Positions 1 to 11,600 of a stretch of 64,000 bases of DNA are shown piece after piece. The stretch is from the NCBI RefSeq assembly GCF_009914755.1, contig NC_060930.1. One strand, written 5' to 3'. Made by a program: the position numbers and the translations under genes. The notes below the pieces were generated by a model. That model searched no databases. It was not told the origin of the DNA and saw only the letters and a program-made list of their open reading frames with translations. Within the stretch, counting starts at the first letter, position 1; each line of letters begins with the position of its first letter. This DNA is from the human T2T-CHM13v2.0 reference genome, Homo sapiens.

Positions 1-645
1 AGGATAAACTTGAAGCAAGGTGAAGAAAGAAAATATAATAAAGCTAAGAGCAGAAATCAACAAAATTGAAAACTGAAAAACAATAAAGAAAACTAGTGAC
101 ACAAAATGCTGGTTCTCTGAAAGATCAAAAATATATTGATAAATTTTGAACAAAATTGACAGATAAAAAAAGAGATTAGTAATTAGTAATTACTAATATC
201 AAGAATAAAACAGAGAATCTGACTAAAAACCGTGCAGACATTAAAAGTATAATGAGTAAATAATACAAATGTCTAAAAACATAAATTTGACAATTTAGTA
301 ATTTGACAATTACTTTTCTTTGAAAAGCAAAAACTATCACCACTTATTCAATATGAAATGTATAATTTAAATTGTCCTATAATTAGTATTGAAATTTAAT
401 TCATAATTAAAGCCTCCTGAAAAAAATAAACTCAAGGCTTTGATGAATTCACTGAACAATTCTACTAAACATTTAGAAACAAAATAATACAAATTCTACC
501 AACTAATTTCCAGAAAATAGAAGTGAAGGCAACATTTAACCATCTTATTCTATGCAGCCTGTATTACCCTGGCACCAACAAAGATAAATAAAAACTATAA
601 ACTAATACATCTCATGAATATAAATGCAAAATTCTTAACAAAAAT

Positions 646-943
646 CAGCCAGCTCTTTATATTAATTGTTTCTGCATCCATGGATTCAACCAACAATGGA
701 TCAAGAATATTGAAAAAATAATTCCTTCTATACTAAACATGTACAGAATTTGTCTGGTCATTATTTCCCATACAATACAGTATAACACTAATATATAGAG
801 CATTTACATTATATTAGGTATTATAAGTAATCTAGAGATGCTTTAAAGTATACAGGAGGATATGCATAGATTAAACGCAAGTTCTATACCATTTTATATC
901 GGAGACTCGAGTATCCACAGATTTCAGTATCCAAGGTATCACT
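646..943 (-). mobile_element. MER2 (TcMar-Tigger MITE), truncated at one end
   Basis: Matches reverse complement of MER2 (catccatggattcaaccaac...ataagtaatctagagatgctttaaagtatacaggaggat). Confidence 0.85.
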
Positions 944-1064
944 ATACTAGCAAATAGAATTCAGTGATATATAAAAGGGATTCTGTATCATGACCAAGTG
1001 AAATTTATTTCAGAAATTCCAGGAATGTGCAATATTCAAAAATCAGTAAATGTAGTCAACCATT

Positions 1065-1400
1065 GTTTTTTGTTGTTGTTGTTTTGTTTGTTTGTTTGTT
1101 TGTTTGTTTGAGATGGAGTCTTGCTCTGTTGCCCAGGCTGGAGTGTAATGGCACAAACTCGGCTCACTGCAAACTCTGCCTCCCGGGTTCAAGCAATTCT
1201 CCTGCCTTGGCTTCCTGAGCAGCTGGGACTACAGGTGCGAGCCGCCACGCCCTGCTAATTTTTTTTTTTTTTTTGTATTTTAGTAGAAGCGGGGTTTCAC
1301 CGTGTTAACCAGGTTGGTCGCGAACTCCTGAGCTCAGGCAATATGCCAGCCTTGGCCTCCCAAAGTGCTGGAATTACAAGCATGAGCCACCGTGTCCGGC
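1065..1400 (-). mobile_element. Alu (S-type) with (TTTG)n tail
   Basis: Complete reverse-complement dimer; TSD GTCAACCATT at 1055-1064 and 1416-1425. Confidence 0.95.
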
Positions 1401-1699
1401 TGTCAACGCCCGGCTGTCAACCATTTTAATAGGCTAAAAAAAAAAACAAAAAAAAAAACCACACACATAATTATGAAAAAACATGATGACAATCAATTGC
1501 ATGCCAAACAAGCAAAATTTGACTAAACTGAACAATTATTCATTTTTAAAACAAATAAATGCAACCCTATCAGAAAACTAGAAATAAAGGAAATTTCTTC
1601 AACTTGATTTTAAAAAAATCTTTAAAAAATCTACATCTAATCCTGTAGAACTGAATAACAAAAAATGGAACAGTTTCCCCTTAAGACTGGGAACAAGGT

Positions 1700-1997
1700 G
1701 GTTGGGCACAGGGGCTCACGCCTGTAATCCCAGCACTTTGGGAAGCTGAGGTGGGCGGATCACCAGGTCAAGAGATCAAGACCATCCTGGCTAACACAGT
1801 GAAACCCCATCTGTACTAAAAATACAAAAAAGTAGTCAGGCTTGGTGGCGGGCCCCTGTAGTCCCAGCTACTCAGGAGGCTGAGACAGGAGAATGGCATG
1901 AACCTAGGAGGTGGAGCTTGCAGTGAGCCGAGATCACGCCACTGCACTCCAGCCTGGGCAACAGAGCGAGATTCCATCTCAAAAAAAAAAAAAAAAG
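1700..1997 (+). mobile_element. Alu (Y/Sc-type, CpG-decayed)
   Basis: Full dimer with ggctaacac and gaatggcatgaacc...ggagcttgcag diagnostics, A-tail, degenerate TSD taagactgggaacaag (1682) / taagattgggaagaag (2002). Confidence 0.95.
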
Positions 1998-2172
1998 CAA
2001 ATAAGATTGGGAAGAAGTCATTGTCATCCACCCTCATCACTTTTATTCAACCTAGTACTGGAAGTTCTATCCAATAAGGCAAGAAAAATTAACAAAACCC
2101 CTATGGATCAGAAAAAAAAAAGAAATAAAACTGTTGTTATTTGTAGATAACATAATTGTGTACGAAAACTTC

Positions 2173-2533
2173 TGATATGGTTTGGATTTGTGTCCCCACT
2201 CAATTCTCATGTCAAATTGTAATCCCCAGTGTTGGAGGAGCGGCCTGGTGGGAAGTAGATTGGGTTATGGGGGCAGATTTCCCTCTTGCTGTTCTCATTA
2301 TATTGAGTGAGTTCTCACTAGATATGGTTGTCCCCCTTTCACTATCTTCCTTCTTCTTCCACCATGTAAGATGTGCCTGCTTCCCCTTCCACCATGACTA
2401 AATATTTCCTGAGGCCTCCCCAGTCATGCTTCCTGTAAAGCCTGAAGAACCGTGAGCCAGCTAAACCTCTTTTCTTTGTAAGTTACCCAGTTTCAGATGT
2501 TTCTTTATAGCAGTACCAGAACAGACTAATACA
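2173..2533 (+). mobile_element. MSTA solo LTR (ERVL-MaLR)
   Basis: TG...CA termini, tgatatggtttggatttgtgtcccc start and aaacctcttttcttt...gactaataca end. Confidence 0.9.
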
Positions 2534-3924
2534 AATCCCCAGTAAATGTACTTACCAAAAAATATCCTAGGACTAATAGATGAGAAATCTCTAAAGCCTA
2601 GGGCCTAGTGAGGAGTTTTTAAACTTGACAGTGAACACAGGGTCCATAAAAGTTGATAATTTGGAATTTATCAAAATTTTAAATATTTGATGTGAAATTC
2701 CCACTTGAGAGAATGAAAAGGCAAACTACAAAAGAAAATAAATTACTTACAAACCACCTATTTGACAAAGAACTCATATATAAAATATATAAATAACTCT
2801 CAAAACTCAACTGTTAAAAATATCAATTAGAAATGAGCAAAAGACATGAGGAGACACTTCACCGATTAGGATATACTGTTGGCAAATAAGCACATGAAAA
2901 AAATGTTCACCATCATTAGTAGTTAGGGAAATCCAAGTTAAGCCATGATGAGATACCACCATATACCTATTAGAATAGCTAAAATTACAACAACAACAAA
3001 AATAGTGATAGAATCAAATGCTGTTGAGGATTCAGAGGAACTGAAGCTCTCAAACTTTGCTGGTAGGAATGTAAAATAGTACAGCCACTGTCTAAAACAG
3101 GTTGGCAATATTTTATGAAAATTAACATGGAACTGCCATGGGACTCAACAATTGTATTTACCCAGGAGATACGAAAACTATGTACACATAAAAGTCTCTA
3201 CATGAATGTTCATAGCAGCTTTATTCGTAATAGCTAAGACCTTGAAACAAGTAAAATCTTCCTCAGTGGGTGAATGGGTAAACGAAATGCAGACCATCCA
3301 CACCATTGGATATTACGCAGTAATTAAAAAGCTATTAATACCTAACACAACTTGGATGGATATCAAGGGCATCACGCTAAATGAAAACAGGAAATTTAAA
3401 CAGTCAAAAACTGCTTGCTTCAATTTACATATCATTCTTGAAATAATAAAATTGTAGAGATAGAAGACAGATTTGTATTTGCCAGGGTTTAGGGACCATA
3501 CAGGGGGAGAGAATGTGTATGAATATAAAGGGATAGCAGAGGAAGATCTTTGTGGTGAAGGAATTTATTGTCTGTTGATTTCAGAGGTGTTTACACCAAT
3601 CTGCACATGTGATAAAATGACATAGAACTATGTCCATACATTGTATCAATGTCTAATTTCTGGTTTTGATATTGCACTGAAATTTTGTAAATTTTAATCA
3701 TCTGAATAAACTGGGAGAAAGATGCACAAATCCTCTCTGTACTACCTTTGCAACCTCCTGTAAATCTAAAATTACTTTCAAATATAGTTAAAAAATAAAA
3801 AATATAAAGAATAAAATAAAACTTCTTATGAATACATTAAATTGAATGAAACTCCATGACAGCAATCATATATTGATACTTTCCTGGCATCTGGGTCTAT
3901 AATGTTGCCCAGCATGTATTTTTT

Positions 3925-4070
3925 GTTACTTCTGTGTTATCTGTCTTCCTCTGATAGATTTTAAGTCTCAGGAGGGCAATGATGTTTGCCTGCTTTGTTC
4001 ACTGTTGAATCCCAAGAGCTTAAGTCAGCACTTGCTTACACAATGTCTTCAGTAAAAATCGGCTGAATGA
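3925..4070 (+). mobile_element. L2 3' end fragment
   Basis: gagggcaatga...ttgttcactgttgaatccc...gctgaatga resembles the L2 terminus. Confidence 0.6.
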
Positions 4071-4999
4071 GACAAGTAAGACAGTGGATCTATCTCTTTA
4101 GCATGTATAGGATATAATTTATGGTAATAGATGAGATGAAATGATACTCATAGTCTCAGATCCTGATCACAAAAATTTTAGTAATCATCTGAAAAACCGT
4201 TTTTATCTCCTTCTCCATTCAGTCTTGTGTTTCAATAACTCAAGTAAACGTAGATATGCTAAACATGACTTTTGTAAGTTTTAAGTAAACAAATCATGTC
4301 TTGCTGTTAGCCTTGAAGTATAAAGCAGAAAAGCAGAAAAAATAATTTATAAAATGCAAATCTTTATTGTTTCTTAATGATTTTTAACATTATTTGTTCA
4401 AAACATTTGCCAAGGAGTACACTTTTCCAAAAGACAGCTTAGGCTGGATTAATTACAGGACAGGATGTAGGGCAGCAGGACCAGAGTCAGTTTAGCACCA
4501 TTGCTCAGATAATTTGGGTTTAACAAGAGGGCTGGGAAGAAATAACTAGGTGATAAGTCCACAGTGGAATAATTATTTTAGGCCATTAGTGTCTTTTGTG
4601 GTTCTTTCTTTGGGCTACCATGGGCCTCAGGGCCAATATGCCTAATCTAAATTTCAGAATCTAGATTCTTTTAACCATGTGATTTCCGAGCCTGAAGAAA
4701 AATAGCTCTCTGTGATCTCAGGAGCTATTAGAGTCTTGAGCACAATCACTAGTTTTTCATGTGATTTCTGATTTTCTATGGTGATTTTAATCATCAATCC
4801 AAGTTATCAGCTGTGTAAAAACATTTAAAACTTTGGGCCAGATATAGCATAGGATGGGATACCAAGGAATATACAAAGTAGGATTATAAATAGATCCTTC
4901 TTATGTAACTATTTTTTGGATTTTTAAGAAGGTTTGTAATCTCAAGTTCCATCTGAATTCTCTGAAATAAGTAATTTAGAGAGTGGCACAATGGCCAGA

Positions 5000-5060
5000 T
5001 TTTCTTCTCTTCCTCTTCTCCCTCTCCTTCCTCCTCCTCTTCATTATTATTATTATTATT
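5000..5060. repeat. (TCC)n / (TTA)n low-complexity tract
   Basis: Directly visible; explains the poly-N/poly-E pseudo-ORF 4884..5078. Confidence 0.85.
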
Positions 5061-5429
5061 TATTACATTTTGGGCCACAAGTCACATATTGTTATAACAA
5101 AGGTTTCATCTTTGTTTCATCTTTAAGTTTCCCATTTTGATAGTTAATAGTCTAAAATCTTAAAGTAACAGAAGGGGAAAATAACTACTGTGAAAATAAG
5201 GAGAATGAGACAAAGAACTGTTTGGCAGTCAGTGACTCCTGGCATATGGGGATCTTTGTCCAGGGATCTTTTGGGTAGAAGCTGTTTATATATGGAGGTT
5301 TGCTGCTATATCCAAGGTTCTTGAGAAACCTGTCCTCTTCATGATGCCATTTGCTCTGGAGTATCTTGAGAGATTCTCAATTATTTATCTCTGAGTTGTA
5401 AAGACTGTAGGTTAGGTGAATGTGATGAT

Positions 5430-6160
5430 TTATTTTGAGTTTGGAAATATGAGTCTAGATATCTAATCCTTGTGATTTAATGACCACATTTGTAGTTAAT
5501 AGTACCTAAGGGCCATTTCAACAAAATTTAAAATCAGTCTTATCTTGGTACCATTTTGGTAGAACTAGTTCTCCAGAATGAAGGTAATGCAGGGGTTCCA
5601 GGAATTTGTCCTTGAGAAAAGCCACTTGGACTTGCTATAAACATAAGTATACTGCCTTAAATCATTAAAGTATTTGACCATTTCAGCTATAAACTAAATT
5701 GTGCCCTCCACCAAATTCTTATGTTGAAGCTCCAACCCCAATTTGGCTGTATTTGGAGATAAAGCCTATAAGAAGGTAATTAAGAATGCCGTGTTTCTTA
5801 ATGATAGACAATGGCTTACAAAGCACTTTCAGTACGGTCCCTATAAAATGGGTACCTTAGTCAGTGAGTAAGTATTTCAGTATACACCATGTTGGAAATA
5901 CAAAGTCTAGAAGACAAAAATAAGCCATCCAGAAAATACACAATGTGTAAGTAACACATTTTCATATGAAGAAATCTCTCTTTCAATATCCAGATAGACC
6001 TTTGCTCTTGATTTTACTGCTTTGCTGAGTTATTAGCTTGGCAGATGTGACATATGCCAGAAACAACCTCAGGAATTTTGAATAAAATAGCCCTATGAAT
6101 GTTGGCTTAAGATTGCAGATAATTTATCTATGCCATGGGGATAGAATGAAATTGTCCTTG
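5430..6160 (-). mobile_element. Decayed ERV1-class pol (integrase) remnant
   Basis: Minus-strand translation across stops and frameshifts gives HGIDKL...CHICQANN (HHCC finger, ~6150-6025), CVFSGW...LLDFVFPTW...D*GTHFIG (core, ~5945-5835) and *NGP*VLLTTN...QGLDI*THISKLK (GPY/F-type C-terminus, 5520-5434), in the correct order. Confidence 0.75.
5685..5785 (+). mobile_element. MLT1 (A-C type) LTR 5' fragment
   Basis: aaattgtgccctccaccaaattcttatgttgaagctccaaccccaat...gtatttggagat matches the start of MLT1 LTRs. Confidence 0.65.
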
Positions 6161-6809
6161 GTAATAAATTATTAACCACCATTATCAAAATCAAAGAGAT
6201 TGGAGACCGCTTCTGAGGGATAACACACAATTAGTTTATAAACAGGTAGTAGAGGATTGCTCTAGGAGTAAGGACATATTATTCATGGTGAGGATATTGA
6301 CAGTTGTCTAGGACCTTTTGATTTATGGCATAAGACATACAAGGGTTGACAATTGTCTCTGAATGACTAGTATATACAATTTAGAGACATAAATCCATTC
6401 ATACACAAATATTTTGCCAATCTTTGTGCCTAAACATTAATATGCTTTTGAACTAAAAATGATGCAATCATTAAAACTTATTTATATTAATATATCTTGC
6501 TTATTCATAGTGAACTATAAGAACTGAAATGCCAAACAAACCTGATTACTTTTATCATCTTTCTTTCATACAAGGAAGGAAGCAATCATTTTGGTATCTG
6601 GTAGACATTTCCAGAAATCTGCAGATATTTATTATTCTAAAGTTGGTGACTGAATTTGAGACACACACAAAAAAAGAAACACTTGACAAAACACAGAGAT
6701 AAGCCATATTTATTCAAAGTAAGAAATAAGGGCCATCAATAAGAAACAATGATTTTACCCATTTAAATTATATTCTTCAAAATCAGAACACTTAAAAATG
6801 GTACCATTC

Positions 6810-6842
6810 ATTGCTTCTCAGCCTTTCAGCTAAGATCAAGTG
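6810..6842 (+). pseudogene. 3'-truncated U2 snRNA retropseudogene (nt 1-33)
   Basis: attgcttctcagcctttcagctaagatcaagtg versus U2 5' end ATCGCTTCTCGGCCTTTTGGCTAAGATCAAGTG (29/33); degenerate 16-bp flanking repeats at 6794-6809 and 6843-6858. Confidence 0.85.
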
Positions 6843-7328
6843 AAAAATAATTCAGTTCAAGAATATTATAGAAGTACTGAGAATTAACAAAATACTTTGG
6901 TAATGAAAATGAAGCATCTCTATCTGAGCAGATAATGACTTGATAATTTCATAGAAAAATATTCTAATTTTCCTTTTATGTATTTATCTAATAATATTTT
7001 TTCAGGGAAGGGTCTACAAACCTTTTCTCTTTTTAATAAAGCTATTACACTGAGTCAAAGTTGTTATAATATTTAACATCTTTTATTGTTTTTAGTCATT
7101 TTTATTATGTATATTCATATTCACAATCACAGTCTCTGTATAAATTTATATATATGAGTTTAGACATATACAAATACATAGTTATTTAGATACATGATAA
7201 AATTAAACAATGACTTTAACTTTAAAATATAATTGACATTATCAACATATTATCTAAAATAATGTATATTTTTTATTCATTATTTAATATTATTAAAATA
7301 TGGGTTCCTTAAGAAAATGAAAAATTAA

Positions 7329-7676
<348 letters not shown>

Positions 7677-8634
7677 TGTGCCTGTAATTTTGATACTTAG
7701 TACTTTCAAGCATTTTTAGAATCTCTCATCTTTAATCAAAATAACCAATAATTTGTTCCTTCAGAGTAAGGCAAATCTAGAAAGTAGGAAATTTATGTCT
7801 TACCTTTTTTCTTCAAGAGCAATTATTTTGTATTAACTTTTCAAATATATAAATACAGTTATAACATCACCCAAAGGCATTTGAAGATCCTGATAACCTT
7901 TTCCTCTTCTGTAATGAATAAGGATAAAACTAAAACTAAGTTTAGTAATTAATATTTTAAATATTTTCTTACTTTAAATTTATTCAATTAAACAACCACT
8001 ATTTATTAATACAATTTAATATTAGTGGAAGTTGTTAAATTTAATTAAGGAAATAAAACTTATGATTTACGACTATACATGAAGCCATTATATTTGACAT
8101 GATAAGAAATGAGATTAAACATTTTTTAAAAGACATCCACTATTACAATTTTATTTAAACACAGTTTTATATTTTTGACATTTTAAGCAAAACTCAGAAA
8201 AAAGATAACTTATTTGACTCATGAAACTATTATAGTAATTTATAAATTTCAAATTTTGTGAAGTTTGATATTAGTCCCAGATAAACTAGAATATTATATG
8301 GAGATTAATTTTATACAATAACATCTAAAAAAAGATTAGATGTTTTTACTTTAAGAAACTATTAATTTATTTTGACAACTTGTCTATTTTTCAGGTATGT
8401 AAAAGATAATTCTCATCACAAAATGTATGTATTTATTTGTTAGTAAACCAAATGTTAAGATTTTGAAAGTGTTTAAATCATCTTATTCTTCTCTTTAAGT
8501 CAGAGGTGCAGATTTAACGTTATTAAGCAACATTTTGAAGCAAAAGAAATGCAGTTTAATTTTTTTCTTTTTTTTATAGTTTACTATTTACCTGGACTAT
8601 ATATTCCTCGATTGCACAGTGACATGAGTTTTTA

Positions 8635-11600
8635 ACATTTTTAATTTTTTTAATTTTTATGGATACATACCTAATAGGTGTATATATTTATGGGTTATAT
8701 GAGATATTTTGATGCAGGCATATAGTATGTCATAATCACATTAGGGTAAATGAGGGTAAATCCATCACCTCAACCACTTATCATTTCTTTGTGTTACAAA
8801 TATTCCAATTATACTTTTTTAGTTACTTTAAAAGGTACAATAAATTATTGTAGACTGTAATCACACTGTTGTTCCATCAAATACTAGACCTTACTCATTC
8901 CAACTAACTATATTTTTGTACTCATTAATCCCCGCTAACCCCACGCCCCACCCCGGCCTCTGGTAACCATAATTATTCTCTCTCTCCCCATGAGTTCAAT
9001 TGTTTTAATTCTTACCTTTCACAAATGAGTGATAGCATGTGAAGTTTGTCTTTCTCTGCCTGGCTTGCTTTGCTTACATAATGTCCTCCAGTTTTACCTA
9101 TGTTTTTGCAAATGACAGGCTCCCATTCTTTTAATGGCTACATAGTACTCCATTGTTTATACATACCACATTTTCTCTATCCATTCATCTCTTGGCGGTC
9201 ACTTAGGTTGCTTCCAAATCTTGGCTATTGCGATAATGCTGCAATATACATGGGAGTGTAGATACCTTTTCCACATACTGACTTCCTTTCTTACAGGTAT
9301 ATATCTGGCAGTGGGATTGCTGGTTGATGTGGTAGTTCTATTTTTAGCTTATTGAGGACTATCCATACTGTTCTACATAGTGGTTGTACTAATTTACATT
9401 CCCACCAACAGCATATGAGGGTTCTCCTTTCTACACATCCTCTCCAGCATTCCTTATTGCATGTCTTTCAGATAAAAGCTATTTTAACTGGAATGAGATA
9501 ATATATCATTGTAGTTTTGATTTACATTTATCTGACGATCAATGATATTGAGTACCTTTTCACATGTCTGTTTGCCATTTGTATGTTTTATTTTAGAAAT
9601 GTCTAGTCAGATATTCTGCCATTTTAAAATCAGATTATTAGCTATTTTGCTATTGACTTGTTTGAGCTCCTTATATACTGTTATTAATCCTTTGTCAAAT
9701 GGATAGTTTGCAAAAATTTTTCTCTGCTTCTGTAGGATGTCTCTAAACTTTGTTGACGGTTTCCTTTGCTATGCAGAAGCTTTTTTAACTTGATGTAATC
9801 CCATGTTTTCACTTTTGCTTTGGTTGCCTATGCTTATGAGGTATTGCTCAAGAAATCTTTGTCCAGAGGCATGTCTTGGAGAGATTCCCCAATATTTTCT
9901 TTTAGTAGTTTCATACTTTGAGGTTTTAGATTTAAGACTTTAGTCTACTTTAATTTAATTTCTGTATATGGTGAGAGATAGGGGTCTAGTTTCATTCTTC
10001 TGCATATGGATATCTAGTCTTCTCAACACCATTTGTTGAAGACACTGGCCTTTCCCCAAAGTATGTTCTTGGCATCTTTGTCAAAAATGAATTCACTGTA
10101 GTATCAATTTATTTCTGGGTTCTCTATCCTCTTCCATTAGCTGATGGGTCTAATTTTATGCCAAATATCATGCTGTTTTGTTTACTATAGCTATGCAGTA
10201 TAATTTGAAGTCAGATAATGTAACTCCTTCAGTTTTGTTCTCTTTTGCTGAGGATAACTTTGACTATTCTGGGTCTTTTGTGGTTTCATATACATTTTAG
10301 AATTTTTTTGTATATTCCTGAGAAGAATGTTATTGGTGTTTTGATGGGGATTACAGTGAATCTATAGATTACTTGGGGTCATGTGCATATTTTAACAATA
10401 TTGATTTTTCCAATCTATGAACATGAAATATCATTTCACTTTTTTGTGTTCTCCTCGATTTCTTGCATTAGTGTTTTATAGTTTTCATTGTAGGGTTTTC
10501 ACACTTCTTTGATTAAGTTTATTTCTAGGTATTTAATTTTATTTGTGGATATTGTAAATGGGGTTACTTTCTTGATTTATTTTACAGATTTTTCACTGTT
10601 GGCATATAGAAATGCTATTGATTTTTTGTATATTGATTTTGCATCCTGCAACTTACTAAATTTGTTTTTCAATTTTAGTAGTTTTTTGGTGGAGTTTTTA
10701 GTTTTTTCCAAATATAAGATCATATTACCTGCAAACAAGGATAATTTGACTTATTCCTCAACTTGGATATCCTTTATTTCTTTCTCTTGTCTGATTGCTT
10801 TAGCTAAGATATCTAGCACTATATTGACTTAACAGTGGAAAAAGTGGACACTCTTGTTTTGTTCCAGATCTTAGAGAAAAGGCTTTCAGTTTTTCTCCAT
10901 TCACTATAATGCTAGCTGTTTTTCTGTCATATATGGCTTTAATTGTGTTAAGGCATGTTCCTTCTATCCCAAGTTTTTTGAATTTTTCTCATAAAGGGAT
11001 GTTGAATTTTAACATATGTTTTTTCAGCATCAATTTAAATGATCCCATTTTTTCTGTCTTTCATTCTGTTTATATCACATTGATTGATTTTTGTATTTTG
11101 AACCTTCTTTGCATCCCTGGGATAAATCCCACTTGGTCATGATGAATGATCTTTTTAATGTGTTGTTGAATTCAGTTTGCTGAATTGAGGATTTTTATTT
11201 CAATGTCCTTCAGAGATATTAGCCAATGGTTTTCTTTTTTTGATGTGTCTTTGTCTGATTTTGGTATCAAGATAACACTGGCCTCATAGAATGAAGTTAA
11301 AAGTATTCCCTCTTTCTCTATTTTACTGAATAGTTTGCATAGTAATGGTATTAATTCTTCTTAAATGTTTGGCAGAACTCAGCAGTTGAAGCCATTGGGT
11401 TCCAGACTTTTCTTTGCTGGAAAACTTTTTATTGTGACTTCAATCTCGTTAGTTGTTTTGGGTCAGTTCAGGTTTTGGATTCTTCATGGTTCAATCTTGG
11501 TAGGTTTTATGTGTCTAGGAATTTATCCATTTTTTATGGGTTTTCCAATGTATTGCCATATAGTTGCTCATAGTAGTCCCTAATGAACCTTTGAATTTTT

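Larger units (their letters stand above)
1..3800 (+). mobile_element. Old L1M (L1MC/L1MD-type) ORF2 remnant plus 3' UTR, interrupted by MER2, two Alus and an MSTA LTR
   Basis: ORF2-like A-rich sequence at 40-650, 945-1060, 1430-1700 and 2020-2170; L1MC/MD-like 3' end (ctctctgtactacctttgcaacctcctgtaaatctaaaatt) followed by an A-rich tail near 3790. Confidence 0.8.

Noticed and set aside
1027-2150. ORFs 1027..1218, 1816..2040 and 1911..2150 (also 7341, 21553, 41673, 41912, 55237, 57450, 57532)
   Set aside because: These are Alu read-through peptides ([18 protein letters not shown]), not genes.
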